DNA from: Candidatus Poribacteria bacterium
Lineage (GTDB): Bacteria; Poribacteria; WGA-4E; PCPOR2b
DNA length: 64,000 nucleotides
Assembly (NCBI GenBank): GCA_965116925.1
Contig: OZ220744.1
Coordinates: 160,001 to 224,000 of the forward strand
Reading direction: 5' to 3'
Position 1 is the stretch's first letter, and every line of letters starts with the position of its first letter. Below the pieces are notes generated by a model. The model was not told where the DNA came from. It did no database searches and saw only the letters and a program-made list of their open reading frames with translations. Shown here in pieces: positions 28,949-41,156 of this stretch. The translations under genes were made by a program, and so were the position numbers.

Positions 28949-31900
28949 CTAATCTGAAACCATACACTCCCCGTCAACAAAATAGGGACACGATGGACAA
29001 TGGTCCCTATTCTTTTCAAACCCTCCCGCCCCGATTGCATCGGCATTTACAGCCTTCTGTATCCCGTTAATCCGTTCTAGCCACGTGCTCTCGATATCCA
29101 TTAATTCTTCTCTCATTATCTCCAACGAGTATGCCGTGGCGGGATCTGTAACGTAGACTGTCACCGGTATGACGTGCTGATCCGGATAGAGTCGGTGGAC
29201 AAGCAAGGCATATAGTTCGATTTGTGACCGATAATAATCCGCCGGATCGCCGATTCCTTCCCAATCAATTCTACCTCTTTCGTAATTGATAACCTGCCAC
29301 AACCCCCTTGAATCCTTGAAAAACCTATCTGCAGTACCTTCAACTATATGAGAACCAATCTCGGCGTGAATGTGCCGTTCATGATAAACTTCATCTGTGT
29401 GTAACGCTATCTCCTCAACTTTCGAGTCCAGAAAGCGATTAACATCTTTATGAGTTGTCTCAGTGACTACTCCGGGTTGGACTTCCGATGACGGCACTCG
29501 AATCTGGTGCTGTAAATAGAACCGCGTTGGACAGTGAGCATACGTTGTAAGTTCCGTCACCGAGACGGTCTTGTTCACAGAGGAAGGGATCAACGGTTTG
29601 ATATGGTACGCAGGAAATTCGATTGACAGTGGTGGGGTGGAGGCCTCTGCTTCAACAAAATCGAGTTCATTAGGGGACTTAATGATTCGGATTGGTAGAT
29701 CGAAGGGGATTGTCGTATCTTCCTCTCCTGATAGAGATTGGATCATTGTTGGATATAGAAGTTCGCCTGCCGAGGGCATCCCTAAAAGCCCTAGGGCATC
29801 AAACAGCCAGCCAAACCAACCCTTCGCTTCTCCTTTCTCGTTCAGGGTTCCCGATAGAATCAGGCGATCCCGAGCGCGGGTTGTTGCCACGTAAAAGAGA
29901 CGCTGTTCCTCTGCTACTCTTTTGTTAGTTGCGCGTTCCCGCATCAACTGTGTTGCCCCCGGATCGCTCTGTTCGTAGTTTTTGTCCGGGTTCGCAGGTC
30001 TAAAACCGATACCTAATAGATCATCTATCAACGGTTCTTGGTCATACCTTGTAGCCCTTCGATCCAGGTGAGGAAGGATGACGACCGGAAACTCAAGCCC
30101 TTTCGCCGCATGGATGGTCATTATCTCAACGGCATCCGTTGTCAATTGTGTTGTCGCTTGTCCCTCGCGTTCTTCCTCCTCAATCAGTAGATTCAACCGT
30201 TCCAAAAAATCGTGGAGGTCTGTGAACCCCAATCTTTCAAATTCCCTTGCAATTCCCAATAACTTTTCGTAGTTCGCCCACCGCTGCTCGCCACTCTGCC
30301 CAACAGAAAGCACACCGACCATTCCAGTTTCATTGACAATTTTTCGGATGAGTTCGCTCGGCGGGATATGGTGACAAATTTTAATATGACTTCGTAGTAT
30401 CTGGACCGCATCGCTTATCGGAAAGCTTGAAGATTGATCTTCCCAATCGACGTAAGCTTGGACCTTCTCCCAGAATGGTACTGAAGAAGAGTGCTGCGCT
30501 ATTTCATACAACTCTACATCTGAAACACCGAAGAATGGGGCGCGAAGAACCCCGGCAAGTGCCACATCGTTGTCGGGGTCGATAAGGAATTTCAGATAGT
30601 TACCGATGTCGTAAATCTCTTGACGTTGATAAAAACCGATACCGCCGGTGATTTTGTACGGAATCTCCGCTTCGAGCAAGGCAGATTCAATCTCCGGTAG
30701 GCGCGTCCGGCTCCGAATGAGAATGGCAATGTCACCATATCGGATCTGCCGGGGTTTTTCACCGTTGTCCTCAGCCTTCCAAATCGTTCCATCTGTATCG
30801 ACCAAGTGACAAATGCGTGCCACAATCAGATCATTTTCGTCAACTGGAGATTCTGATTCACCCTCTGCCTCTCCCTTTGAGCCGATGAGCAACTCTACAT
30901 CGCCAGGCTGATCCGTGATCCTCCCCTGAATCAGCGGCTCATACTCAACTTCAAACTCATTCCGGCCTTTCATGAGCGACCCAAAAACCAGATTGACAAA
31001 ACCCACAAGATTTCGCAACAGGCGAAAATTTTCAGGAAGACGGAGGGCACCGCGCTTCTCTAAGTCGTTTGCATCAAGTATCTGCCCCGCCCAAGTAAAG
31101 TTTTTGGTCAATGCAGATTGATATTCGGTGATCTCCTGCCGTGTTTGATCGAATACCCGCACATCTGCCCCACGAAACCTGTAGATACTCTGGTTCTGAT
31201 CGCCAACAATAAACAGATTGCCCGATTTGAAATCCGAGATCAGTGGCTTAAGAATCTCATATTGTAGCTGATCCGTATCTTGATACTCATCAACCATGAT
31301 ATAAGGGTATCTTTGGGCGAGTTGCTCGCGAATTGATTCCTGCTGTAATAGGTCCCTAACCTTGATCTGAAGATCATCGAAATCGAGTTGTCCCGCTTGG
31401 CGTTTACGATTTTCGTAGGCGCGTTGAACATCGTCATAGATATGTATCAACAGGCGAGTCATGCGAATAAGTAGTTTATCATCATCGGTAAAAACTGGAA
31501 AGGATAGAACATGATTTGCTGCATGAACAAGAAAATCAATCTCCCCCTCGATCGCCTCCGTCCTGACATTCCTGCCTAGTAAATTTTGCTTGCTAATTGT
31601 TCCGCCTTGGGTTACGATAAGAGGTGCGATCTCTGTCAAAAATGGAGCAACCTCCTGTAGCTCCATATCCGGCTGAATCTGATCTGTTAATTCCTGTACC
31701 TTCCTCTTATTTTTCCCTTTGGCAATTTCTAAGACGCTGTTCAGACAACGTGACCAATCCTCAAGAGGGAACCGATCTATTAAACTCTCCTCTAGTTGCG
31801 ATTGTACAAAATCATGCCAACCTTCCAACACCTCTGAATCCGTACGGCAGTATAAGTCGCGCCTCAGTCGCTCCACCACCTCACGTTGATTCACCAGTTC

Positions 31901-32416
31901 GGATAAATGTCCCTCAAGCCGACTTTTTCCAAAGATTCGCAGTAATTTTACAAGTTTCACACGAGTTTCATCTTCATCGGAACGCTCGGCGATCTCTCTG
32001 AGCGTAGAATCAATGGTTTCACGGAGAGCCAACCGCTGGTGTATCCCTTGTAACACGCTGAAACCTGCATCAACACCCGCTTCAACCGGATACTCTCGCA
32101 AAATCTGCGCACAAAATGCGTGAATTGTGGAAATCTGCGCGGAGAGCATTCCTGTCTTGATGCTTTCTAACTGTGCGTTGCGCGGATCTTCCTTTAATCT
32201 TATGTTGACCTCGTTGACGATGCGTTGTTTGAGTTCCGCCGCAGCTTTCTCGGTAAACGTGATTGCGACAACCTGATTGGGAGGCAAATTTTCTTCAAGC
32301 AAAATCTTAAGGTATCGGTGGACCAATACCGCTGTTTTTCCAGATCCGGCACCGGCGGTCACGCTGATGTAGCGATTGAGATCATGCGCTTTTTTCTGAT
32401 TCCGTGTAAATTCCAC
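28949..32416 (-). CDS. addA: UvrD/AddA-type helicase with C-terminal PD-(D/E)xK nuclease-like domain
   Basis: AGAGSGKT, ITFTEKAAAE, MVDEYQDT, VGDQNQSIYRFRGA, TIHAAKGLEF, YVATTRARD; GTG start. Confidence 0.88.
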   Translation of the reverse strand: MEFTRNQKKAHDLNRYISVTAGAGSGKTAVLVHRYLKILLEENLPPNQVVAITFTEKAAAELKQRIVNEVNIRLKEDPRNAQLESIKTGMLSAQISTIHAFCAQILREYPVEAGVDAGFSVLQGIHQRLALRETIDSTLREIAERSDEDETRVKLVKLLRIFGKSRLEGHLSELVNQREVVERLRRDLYCRTDSEVLEGWHDFVQSQLEESLIDRFPLEDWSRCLNSVLEIAKGKNKRKVQELTDQIQPDMELQEVAPFLTEIAPLIVTQGGTISKQNLLGRNVRTEAIEGEIDFLVHAANHVLSFPVFTDDDKLLIRMTRLLIHIYDDVQRAYENRKRQAGQLDFDDLQIKVRDLLQQESIREQLAQRYPYIMVDEYQDTDQLQYEILKPLISDFKSGNLFIVGDQNQSIYRFRGADVRVFDQTRQEITEYQSALTKNFTWAGQILDANDLEKRGALRLPENFRLLRNLVGFVNLVFGSLMKGRNEFEVEYEPLIQGRITDQPGDVELLIGSKGEAEGESESPVDENDLIVARICHLVDTDGTIWKAEDNGEKPRQIRYGDIAILIRSRTRLPEIESALLEAEIPYKITGGIGFYQRQEIYDIGNYLKFLIDPDNDVALAGVLRAPFFGVSDVELYEIAQHSSSVPFWEKVQAYVDWEDQSSSFPISDAVQILRSHIKICHHIPPSELIRKIVNETGMVGVLSVGQSGEQRWANYEKLLGIAREFERLGFTDLHDFLERLNLLIEEEEREGQATTQLTTDAVEIMTIHAAKGLEFPVVILPHLDRRATRYDQEPLIDDLLGIGFRPANPDKNYEQSDPGATQLMRERATNKRVAEEQRLFYVATTRARDRLILSGTLNEKGEAKGWFGWLFDALGLLGMPSAGELLYPTMIQSLSGEEDTTIPFDLPIRIIKSPNELDFVEAEASTPPLSIEFPAYHIKPLIPSSVNKTVSVTELTTYAHCPTRFYLQHQIRVPSSEVQPGVVTETTHKDVNRFLDSKVEEIALHTDEVYHERHIHAEIGSHIVEGTADRFFKDSRGLWQVINYERGRIDWEGIGDPADYYRSQIELYALLVHRLYPDQHVIPVTVYVTDPATAYSLEIMREELMDIESTWLERINGIQKAVNADAIGAGGFEKNRDHCPSCPYFVDGECMVSD

Positions 32417-32535
32417 GATGCGGTAACTCCTAAAAAAAAGGGCGATAGCACAAACAGCAGACCGTGATGCGGGTTTCAATCTTGTCTTGTCGCGAGGTAT
32501 GGGTCTGTTCGTCTGTAAGCTATCGCCCGATTTGT

Positions 32536-32673
32536 CTAATACGTTTTTTTCGCTCGCTTTTCTTGTTTAGCGAGCTTCTTTTCTTTGCGTCCTTTTTTGG
32601 TCGCTGTCTTTTTGACAACACCTTTGCTTGAGCTATCTAGGGATTTACTGCCTTTTCCGCGATTACCTCTCAT
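32536..32673 (-). CDS. Small Lys/Arg-rich hypothetical protein (45 aa), absent from the ORF track
   Basis: MRGNRGKGSKSLDSSSKGVVKKTATKKGRKEKKLAKQEKRAKKTY; RBS AGGAGA upstream. Confidence 0.6.
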   Translation of the reverse strand: MRGNRGKGSKSLDSSSKGVVKKTATKKGRKEKKLAKQEKRAKKTY

Positions 32674-33023
32674 TTTTCTTTCTCCTATTCTATTGTTCTG
32701 TCATTAGCCGACAAATTAGAATGCAAGGCAACCGGCCCTCACCTCACAAGCCTATTCCAGAACAACTGTTTTCGAGATTCTGCGGTTACTTGAAACATGA
32801 TGGATTCAAACACAATCTGAGTCCAACTATAACTTGGTTTTTTTGATCTGTATCCTCTAAATGGACCGGTATGCCTGCGATGTGCGAGGCGATTATGTAA
32901 AACCTACTTTTAACAAAAAAGTTTAATCTGTCTTCAAGAAACTATTGGGATTATAGCATAAAAACGGACAGATTAAAAGTAAAAATTCGTTAGAATGTTT
33001 CCGCCACAAAAATCGCCTTGACG

Positions 33024-35045
<2,022 letters not shown>

Positions 35046-35050
35046 TTATA

Positions 35051-36103
35051 TCATAGAAGGAATTCTACGTTGAAAAGTTGCCAGAAAACTATTTTCCATA
35101 CCAAATCCTCTTTGCGAAAATCTATTAGACAATCAACGAGAATCTCTCTTCTGTCGGGTCGCGGACCCTCTTCGCTGATAATGTGTAAAGTAAAGCGCGC
35201 GGACGCCTGCCGTGAATTAGTCACATCTACTTGAATTTTATTAAACTGAAATTGGAGCGCGTCATACTTTTCAAAGACTATGATAATCGTTTGACTAACG
35301 TCGTCGAATTTTGCGGGAATAACGCCTGTTGCTAAACCAAGGAGGGTGATGGGATCATCTGCTGCAAGGTACGATTCCGAAAAGAGATCTTGGATTGTCT
35401 TCAATTTACCTGTATCCAACGATTCAATTAGTGCTGAAAAGCGCTCCAAGAACTGAATAATCTCCATTTGTGGATCCGTTGCGGGCACAAGTCGAATGTT
35501 CAATCCAACGCGGCCAGTCCTCAGTTGAAAGTTTTCTGTTTGGGGCTGATAATCAGTCGCAATAATCATTAAACTAAGATTCTCCGAATAGGGAACCCCT
35601 ATAAAATTGTATTTGCCGTTTGCGTCAGTGATCATTGTCTCATCTAATAGCTTGACAGTCGCGCCCTGAATCGGGTTCTGTGTTGTGCCATCGGTAATAA
35701 CACCTGAAACCGCTCCAAACTTCGGATCCAGAGAGATATTTAATTGTACCTGTTCAGCTTTAAGCTTAAATGGCTGCATTTTAGGTTGGTGATCAACGCC
35801 CATGACGGTTAACTTGTGGTTATCCGAATAACGGATCTCCGCGAAACCATAACTGCCATCTACTCCAGTCTGCACTGTTTGGTCTAACAGGCTGACGGTT
35901 ACCCCCTGAATTGGGTTTCCCGTCTTGGCGTCAGTGATAATTCCCGATACCATTCCAGATCGCGAATCTTCTTCCAAATCTAGTGTCTGGTCAGATTCTT
36001 CTCCAGCTCCAACGGAAGGAGAGGACGAATCTTCACCGCAGCCAAAACCGGTAACTACCCAAATCAGAATAAGAAAAAAACATAGATTGATCTGAATTTT
36101 CAT
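35051..36103 (-). CDS. Lipoprotein with two carboxypeptidase-regulatory-like domains and a C-terminal NTF2-like domain
   Basis: GFGC lipobox; repeated VSG(I/V)ITD..T.NPIQG.TV.LLD; C-terminal ...WKIVFWQ. Confidence 0.7.
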   Translation of the reverse strand: MKIQINLCFFLILIWVVTGFGCGEDSSSPSVGAGEESDQTLDLEEDSRSGMVSGIITDAKTGNPIQGVTVSLLDQTVQTGVDGSYGFAEIRYSDNHKLTVMGVDHQPKMQPFKLKAEQVQLNISLDPKFGAVSGVITDGTTQNPIQGATVKLLDETMITDANGKYNFIGVPYSENLSLMIIATDYQPQTENFQLRTGRVGLNIRLVPATDPQMEIIQFLERFSALIESLDTGKLKTIQDLFSESYLAADDPITLLGLATGVIPAKFDDVSQTIIIVFEKYDALQFQFNKIQVDVTNSRQASARFTLHIISEEGPRPDRREILVDCLIDFRKEDLVWKIVFWQLFNVEFLL

Positions 36104-36190
36104 TCCATTTACCTCCGTTTGATGCACGTAATAGCGTGAATCATGCCGAAAATAGTACGCGGAATTAACGCATGTTTTACGACCCGCCCA

Positions 36191-37063
36191 TCACGGAATC
36201 ACTTTGCTCAAAGGGTATTCAATGATATCTTCTGCGCCCACACCCCTAAGCTCTGGGATAAAGTCTCGGACAATATGCTCATCGACAATCGTTTCGACAG
36301 CATACCACCCATTTTGGCTCAGTTGGGAAATCGTTGGATTTCTCATCGCCGGCAAAATAGCGAGTAAGGACTGTAAGTTTTCCTTGGCAATGTTCATCTT
36401 GAGTCCGACCTTGTTTTGGGCCGCCAATGCTCCAGAAAGGAGTATATACAAACTTTCCGCCTTATGGCGTTTCCATTCATCCGTCCAACTCTCCTTATTG
36501 GCGATCAACATCGTTACAGATTCAATGACAACATCAACAATTCTTAACTGGTTGGCGCGCAAGGTGCTGCCAGTCTCCGTAATATCTACAATTGCATCGC
36601 AGAGATGAGGAACCTTCGCCTCCGTTGCGCCGTGTGAAAATTTGACAGTCGCATTGACACCATTATCCTTGAGGTATGATTTTGTCGCTTCAACCAATTC
36701 GGTAAAGATGACTTTCCCTTCCAGATCTGCGACAGACTGAATCGGGGAATCTTCTGCAACCGCCAGCACCCACCGCGCCGGCTGCGTGGTCATCTTGCCG
36801 TAGGTCAGCGATGCGACTTCTAGCACATCAACGTTGCATTCGCGGACCCAATCTCGCCCTGCCAACCCTACATCAATGACACCGCGTTCCACGTAAAGTG
36901 CCATCTCCTGTGGGCGCAGCAGCATCGCCTCAATCTCGTCGTCATCGATGGGCGGATAGTATGACCTGCCGCTGATTGTAATTGTGTAGCCCGCTTGTTT
37001 GAAAAGGTCAACGGTGAATTCCTGTAGTGATCCTTTAGGAATACCTAATTTGAGTTTATTCAT
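36191..37063 (-). CDS. hisG: ATP phosphoribosyltransferase (long form)
   Basis: LGIPKGSL, GATEAK, DAIVDITETGSTLRAN, C-terminal regulatory domain PAMRNPTIS. Confidence 0.97.
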   Translation of the reverse strand: MNKLKLGIPKGSLQEFTVDLFKQAGYTITISGRSYYPPIDDDEIEAMLLRPQEMALYVERGVIDVGLAGRDWVRECNVDVLEVASLTYGKMTTQPARWVLAVAEDSPIQSVADLEGKVIFTELVEATKSYLKDNGVNATVKFSHGATEAKVPHLCDAIVDITETGSTLRANQLRIVDVVIESVTMLIANKESWTDEWKRHKAESLYILLSGALAAQNKVGLKMNIAKENLQSLLAILPAMRNPTISQLSQNGWYAVETIVDEHIVRDFIPELRGVGAEDIIEYPLSKVIP

Positions 37064-37113
37064 CAGTTTGTATGTCCTGCCTCCAAGTTTTTTCGATTGC
37101 TTCACTCTAACAC

Positions 37114-37333
37114 TATGGTGAATTCTAAAAATAAATGGACACTTTCGCTCCCCGGTAGGTGCGGTTTTATGAAGTTTAAGTACTTAAATCGGTAATCCCG
37201 ATTTGCCTCCAAACATACGGTAGGCGCGGTTTTCCCCCGCGCTGGTGTCGCTAGCAAATTACCGAACTGTTTTTTTTATCTTCATACAACCGCACCGGTT
37301 TGGAGTATCTCATTAATTCTAAGGTCCCCTATA
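37114..37333 (+). repeat. MITE family C copy with a nested insertion (37168-37286)
   Basis: Matches 26768-26866, but the GTAG palindrome is split by TATGAAG...CTTCATA. Confidence 0.75.
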
Positions 37334-37970
37334 AATCCAACTCTCATCGTTACAGAAATCGCTTCGTAATGGAACCCCTTTTGCTGTACTTTCTTCACTC
37401 CGTTCAAGGGTAAGCTACGGGCAGGCTCCAGTCGTTCTTTCTATGCGGTCTGTAACACGATAATCGAGAGTTAGTCTAAAGTTGTATAATACCATACTCG
37501 ATCTGTATTGTCAAAAGTGAAAGAAAAAGGCAGGGGATTTAATTCTTCTGTAGGTGTTTGCATCCCGATTTATCAGGAAGGGATCTCCGAATCCCGACCA
37601 ACTCTCTGTCGGGGCGATTCCCCGTTTACGACTTTTCAAACAAAATGGTTAAAAAGCCGAAAATTATATAGGACTTACGCAGTTGAGTGCTCAAAATCCT
37701 TCTGCAATCAACAATAAGAATCCCAACGATAAAATGTAATTGTTTGTAACTGTTTGTAATGCGAATGGAGGTCTATGACAAAACGTTTCATGCTGAAATA
37801 GGGACAATTTTCCCATTTGCGCGGGAAAAATGGGAAAATTTCATTTGCGCGGGTGAAACGTAACCTTTTTAATCTCGCTCATGCAACCTTTATCTGCGAG
37901 ATCTGCGCCCGTCTCTACTCTTAGATCAGCGAAATATATAACAAAAATCCCCGGTTAGAACGCAAGCATC

Positions 37971-38000
37971 TTGACAGGTTGAGACAGATCGGGTTAAAAT
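37971..38000 (+). promoter_or_regulatory. Sigma70-type promoter of glcB
   Basis: TTGACA-N18-TAAAAT. Confidence 0.6.
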
Positions 38001-38074
38001 AAAAATCAGATGCAGAAATCGTCAAAAATTGATTGTCTCAGAAAGTCCTAAAACGTGGAGGTATAGAAAAAATA

Positions 38075-40255
38075 ATGGCAAATAGAATTGAAGTGGGTCA
38101 GCTCAAAATTGATGAGGGCTTGTATCGTCTGGTACAAGACGAGATCGCACCCGGCACAGATGTGGAAGCGGATACCTTTTGGAAATCACTCGGTGAAATT
38201 GTTGCCGACCTCGCACCCAAAAACCGTGCTCTTCTAAACAAACGAGACGCATTGCAGCAACGGATCGACGAATGGTATTTATCTACAAAAGGCGAACCGG
38301 TTGAACCAAATGAGTATGAGGAATTTCTAGTGGAGATTGGTTACCTCCTCCCTGAAGGTGGAGATTTCCAAGCGACCACGGCGAATGTAGACCCTGAAAT
38401 TGCGACGGTCTCCGGTCCCCAACTGGTGGTGCCGGTGGATAACGCCCGTTACGCGCTGAATGCCGCCAATGCCCGTTGGGGCAGTCTGTACGATGCGCTG
38501 TACGGCACGTATCTGCTTTCGGAAGAAGGGCGTGGGCAAAAAGATGCGGGTTACAACCCTGAGCGCGGCGCGGCCGTCATCGCCCAAGTGGAAGCGTTTC
38601 TAGATGAGATCGTAGGGCTTGAACAGGGACGGTTCTCAGAAGTCACGCAATTCTCACTCAAAGATGTTGGTGGAACCAACCAATTGGTTGTAAGGCTTAG
38701 CGATGGCAGCGAAGTGAAGTTAGCTGACCCCAGTAAATTTGCCGGGTTTAATCAAAAAGATGGTGAACTGTCTAGTGTGTTGCTGAAAAATAATCAATTA
38801 CACATTGAGATCCAAATTGACCGCGATCATATTGTTGGAAAAGACCATCCTGCAGGCGTAAAAGATGTGGTGCTTGAGTCAGCTGTCACTACAATTCAAG
38901 ACTGCGAAGATTCTGTCTCCGCTGTTGATGCTGAAGACAAGACAAAGGTTTACAGCAACTGGAACGGCATCATGCAAGGAACGCTGGAAGCGACCTTTGA
39001 GAAGGACGGACAGCAGATGACCCGCAGGCTAGATGCAGATAAAACCTTTAGGGCACCAGATGGGACAACACTAACGCTTCCAGGGAGAAGTCTCCTGCTA
39101 ATTCGGAACGTTGGGATTCACATGTACACCGATGCGGTCACCACGGCAGATGATCAGGAAATTCCCGAAGGCTTCCTTGATGCGATGGTCACATCGCTGG
39201 CAGCGATACATGACCTCAAAAGAAATGGGGAGTACGTCAATAGCCAGACGGGAAGCGTCTATATCGTCAAACCCAAACTCCACGGTCCTGAAGAAGCTGC
39301 GGCAACAATCGAACTATTTGAACGGGTAGAACGCGCACTTGGGCTTGAACGAAATACGCTGAAGATTGGGATTATGGATGAGGAGCGTCGAACCACTATT
39401 AATTTGAAAGAAGCCATCCGTGCAGCGAGAGAACGGGTCGTGTTCATCAATACTGGCTTCCTAGATCGGACAGGTGATGAAATACACACTAGCATGGAAG
39501 CCGGACCGATGATACCCAAGCCTGACATCAAAAACGAACCGTGGATGCTTGCTTATGAAGATTGGAATGTAGATATCGGCATTGAGACCGGACTCCCCGG
39601 TAGGGCACAGATTGGTAAAGGGATGTGGGCGATGCCAGATGAGATGGCAGCTATGATGGAAACGAAAATAGCTCATCCGCAAGCCGGTGCGACGACCGCT
39701 TGGGTGCCTTCGCCAAGAGCTGCCACACTCCACGCCCTACATTACCATCAGGTCAACGTCAAAAACAGACACGCAGAACTTGCGAGTCGGGAACGCGCCA
39801 GCTTGTCGGCTATCCTGACCCCCCCCTTATCGAAGGGAGAATTCGGTGAAGAGGAAATCCAGCAGGAACTGGATAATAATGCCCAAGGAATACTAGGCTA
39901 TGTGGTACGCTGGGTTGATCAGGGAATTGGCTGCTCGAAGGTGCCAGACATCCACGACGTTGGATTGATGGAAGACCGAGCAACGTTGCGTATATCGAGT
40001 CAGCACATTGCCAACTGGCTACATCACGGTATTGTGACGCGGGAACAGGTCATAGAAACCTTTGAGCGGATGGCAGCTATTGTTGATAAACAGAATGAGG
40101 GAGATGCCAACTACCGAAACATGGCACCCGAATTTGACAAAAGCATCGCCTTTCAAGCAGCACTTGATCTGGTCTTTAAGGGCGGGACGGTCCCCAACGG
40201 CTATACTGAACCTGTGCTGCACACTCGTCGGAGAGAGGTCAAAGCGACGCAATAA
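38075..40255 (+). CDS. glcB: Malate synthase G
   Basis: [57 protein letters not shown]. Confidence 0.97.
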   Translation: MANRIEVGQLKIDEGLYRLVQDEIAPGTDVEADTFWKSLGEIVADLAPKNRALLNKRDALQQRIDEWYLSTKGEPVEPNEYEEFLVEIGYLLPEGGDFQATTANVDPEIATVSGPQLVVPVDNARYALNAANARWGSLYDALYGTYLLSEEGRGQKDAGYNPERGAAVIAQVEAFLDEIVGLEQGRFSEVTQFSLKDVGGTNQLVVRLSDGSEVKLADPSKFAGFNQKDGELSSVLLKNNQLHIEIQIDRDHIVGKDHPAGVKDVVLESAVTTIQDCEDSVSAVDAEDKTKVYSNWNGIMQGTLEATFEKDGQQMTRRLDADKTFRAPDGTTLTLPGRSLLLIRNVGIHMYTDAVTTADDQEIPEGFLDAMVTSLAAIHDLKRNGEYVNSQTGSVYIVKPKLHGPEEAAATIELFERVERALGLERNTLKIGIMDEERRTTINLKEAIRAARERVVFINTGFLDRTGDEIHTSMEAGPMIPKPDIKNEPWMLAYEDWNVDIGIETGLPGRAQIGKGMWAMPDEMAAMMETKIAHPQAGATTAWVPSPRAATLHALHYHQVNVKNRHAELASRERASLSAILTPPLSKGEFGEEEIQQELDNNAQGILGYVVRWVDQGIGCSKVPDIHDVGLMEDRATLRISSQHIANWLHHGIVTREQVIETFERMAAIVDKQNEGDANYRNMAPEFDKSIAFQAALDLVFKGGTVPNGYTEPVLHTRRREVKATQ

Positions 40256-40277
40256 TGCGTCGCTTTGACTGACTGAA

Positions 40278-41123
40278 TTAAACCCGCACAAACTTCTGGA
40301 ACCGTTTTTCCGCGATGACCTCACTGATATAGACATCGCCGCGGGAATCAATCCATATACCGTGTGGCGAATTGCTGAACTGTCCAGCCTGTTCGCCTTT
40401 CTCGCCCCATTGGGTGATAATCTCACCGTCAAGCGTCATGACAGTGATGCGCTGTCCACCCTCTGCGATATGAATCACATCATCCGAGTCGATGAACAGA
40501 TCATTGGGAGAACGAAGGTCGCCCCACTCCGTCAGATATTCTCCGCTGGAATCGAAAATCTGACACCGTAGGTTTCCACGATCTAAGATGTAAACCCGGT
40601 CATTTTTGTCCACCGTCACATCGTGCGGTAGGTTAAACTCGCCGGGGCCCGCCCCCGGTGCCCCCCACGAAGTGATAACTTCGCCATCAAGCGTCATACG
40701 GTGAACCCGCGATTGCCCGTAGCCGTCCGAAATGTACATTTCGCCGGACTGAGATAAGACCGCACGGGTCGGCTGATTAAATGGCTGCCCTGGTGGACCC
40801 GGTTCATCCACAGTGCCCCACGTTTGTAAAAGTTCTCCAGAAAGCGAAAACCTCCGAACTGTGTGATCTTCGGTGTCTGTGGTGTAGATTTCGTCATCGG
40901 GACTTATCCAAATCCCGTGCGGTGCTTTGAAGATATTTTCGCCCCAAGAACCAATGAACCGACCCTCTCGCTCAAAAACAAGCATGGCAGGGTTAGGACT
41001 CCGATTGAACACATAGACACGGTCTTGGGAGTCACAAGCGACAGCGGAGGCTAGTCCTAACTGCGGTATCTGCCCCCAACCTTCTACAACTTCGTATCGA
41101 TAATCACCACTTCCATAAACCAT
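40278..41123 (-). CDS. NHL-repeat beta-propeller (peptidyl-alpha-hydroxyglycine lyase-like)
   Basis: Repeated FxxPH(G/D)(I/V) blades, YISDGYG, WG..G..PG.F. Confidence 0.85.
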   Translation of the reverse strand: MVYGSGDYRYEVVEGWGQIPQLGLASAVACDSQDRVYVFNRSPNPAMLVFEREGRFIGSWGENIFKAPHGIWISPDDEIYTTDTEDHTVRRFSLSGELLQTWGTVDEPGPPGQPFNQPTRAVLSQSGEMYISDGYGQSRVHRMTLDGEVITSWGAPGAGPGEFNLPHDVTVDKNDRVYILDRGNLRCQIFDSSGEYLTEWGDLRSPNDLFIDSDDVIHIAEGGQRITVMTLDGEIITQWGEKGEQAGQFSNSPHGIWIDSRGDVYISEVIAEKRFQKFVRV

Positions 41124-41156
41124 ACTGATTGTCCCTCCTCATAATGAACCAATGAA

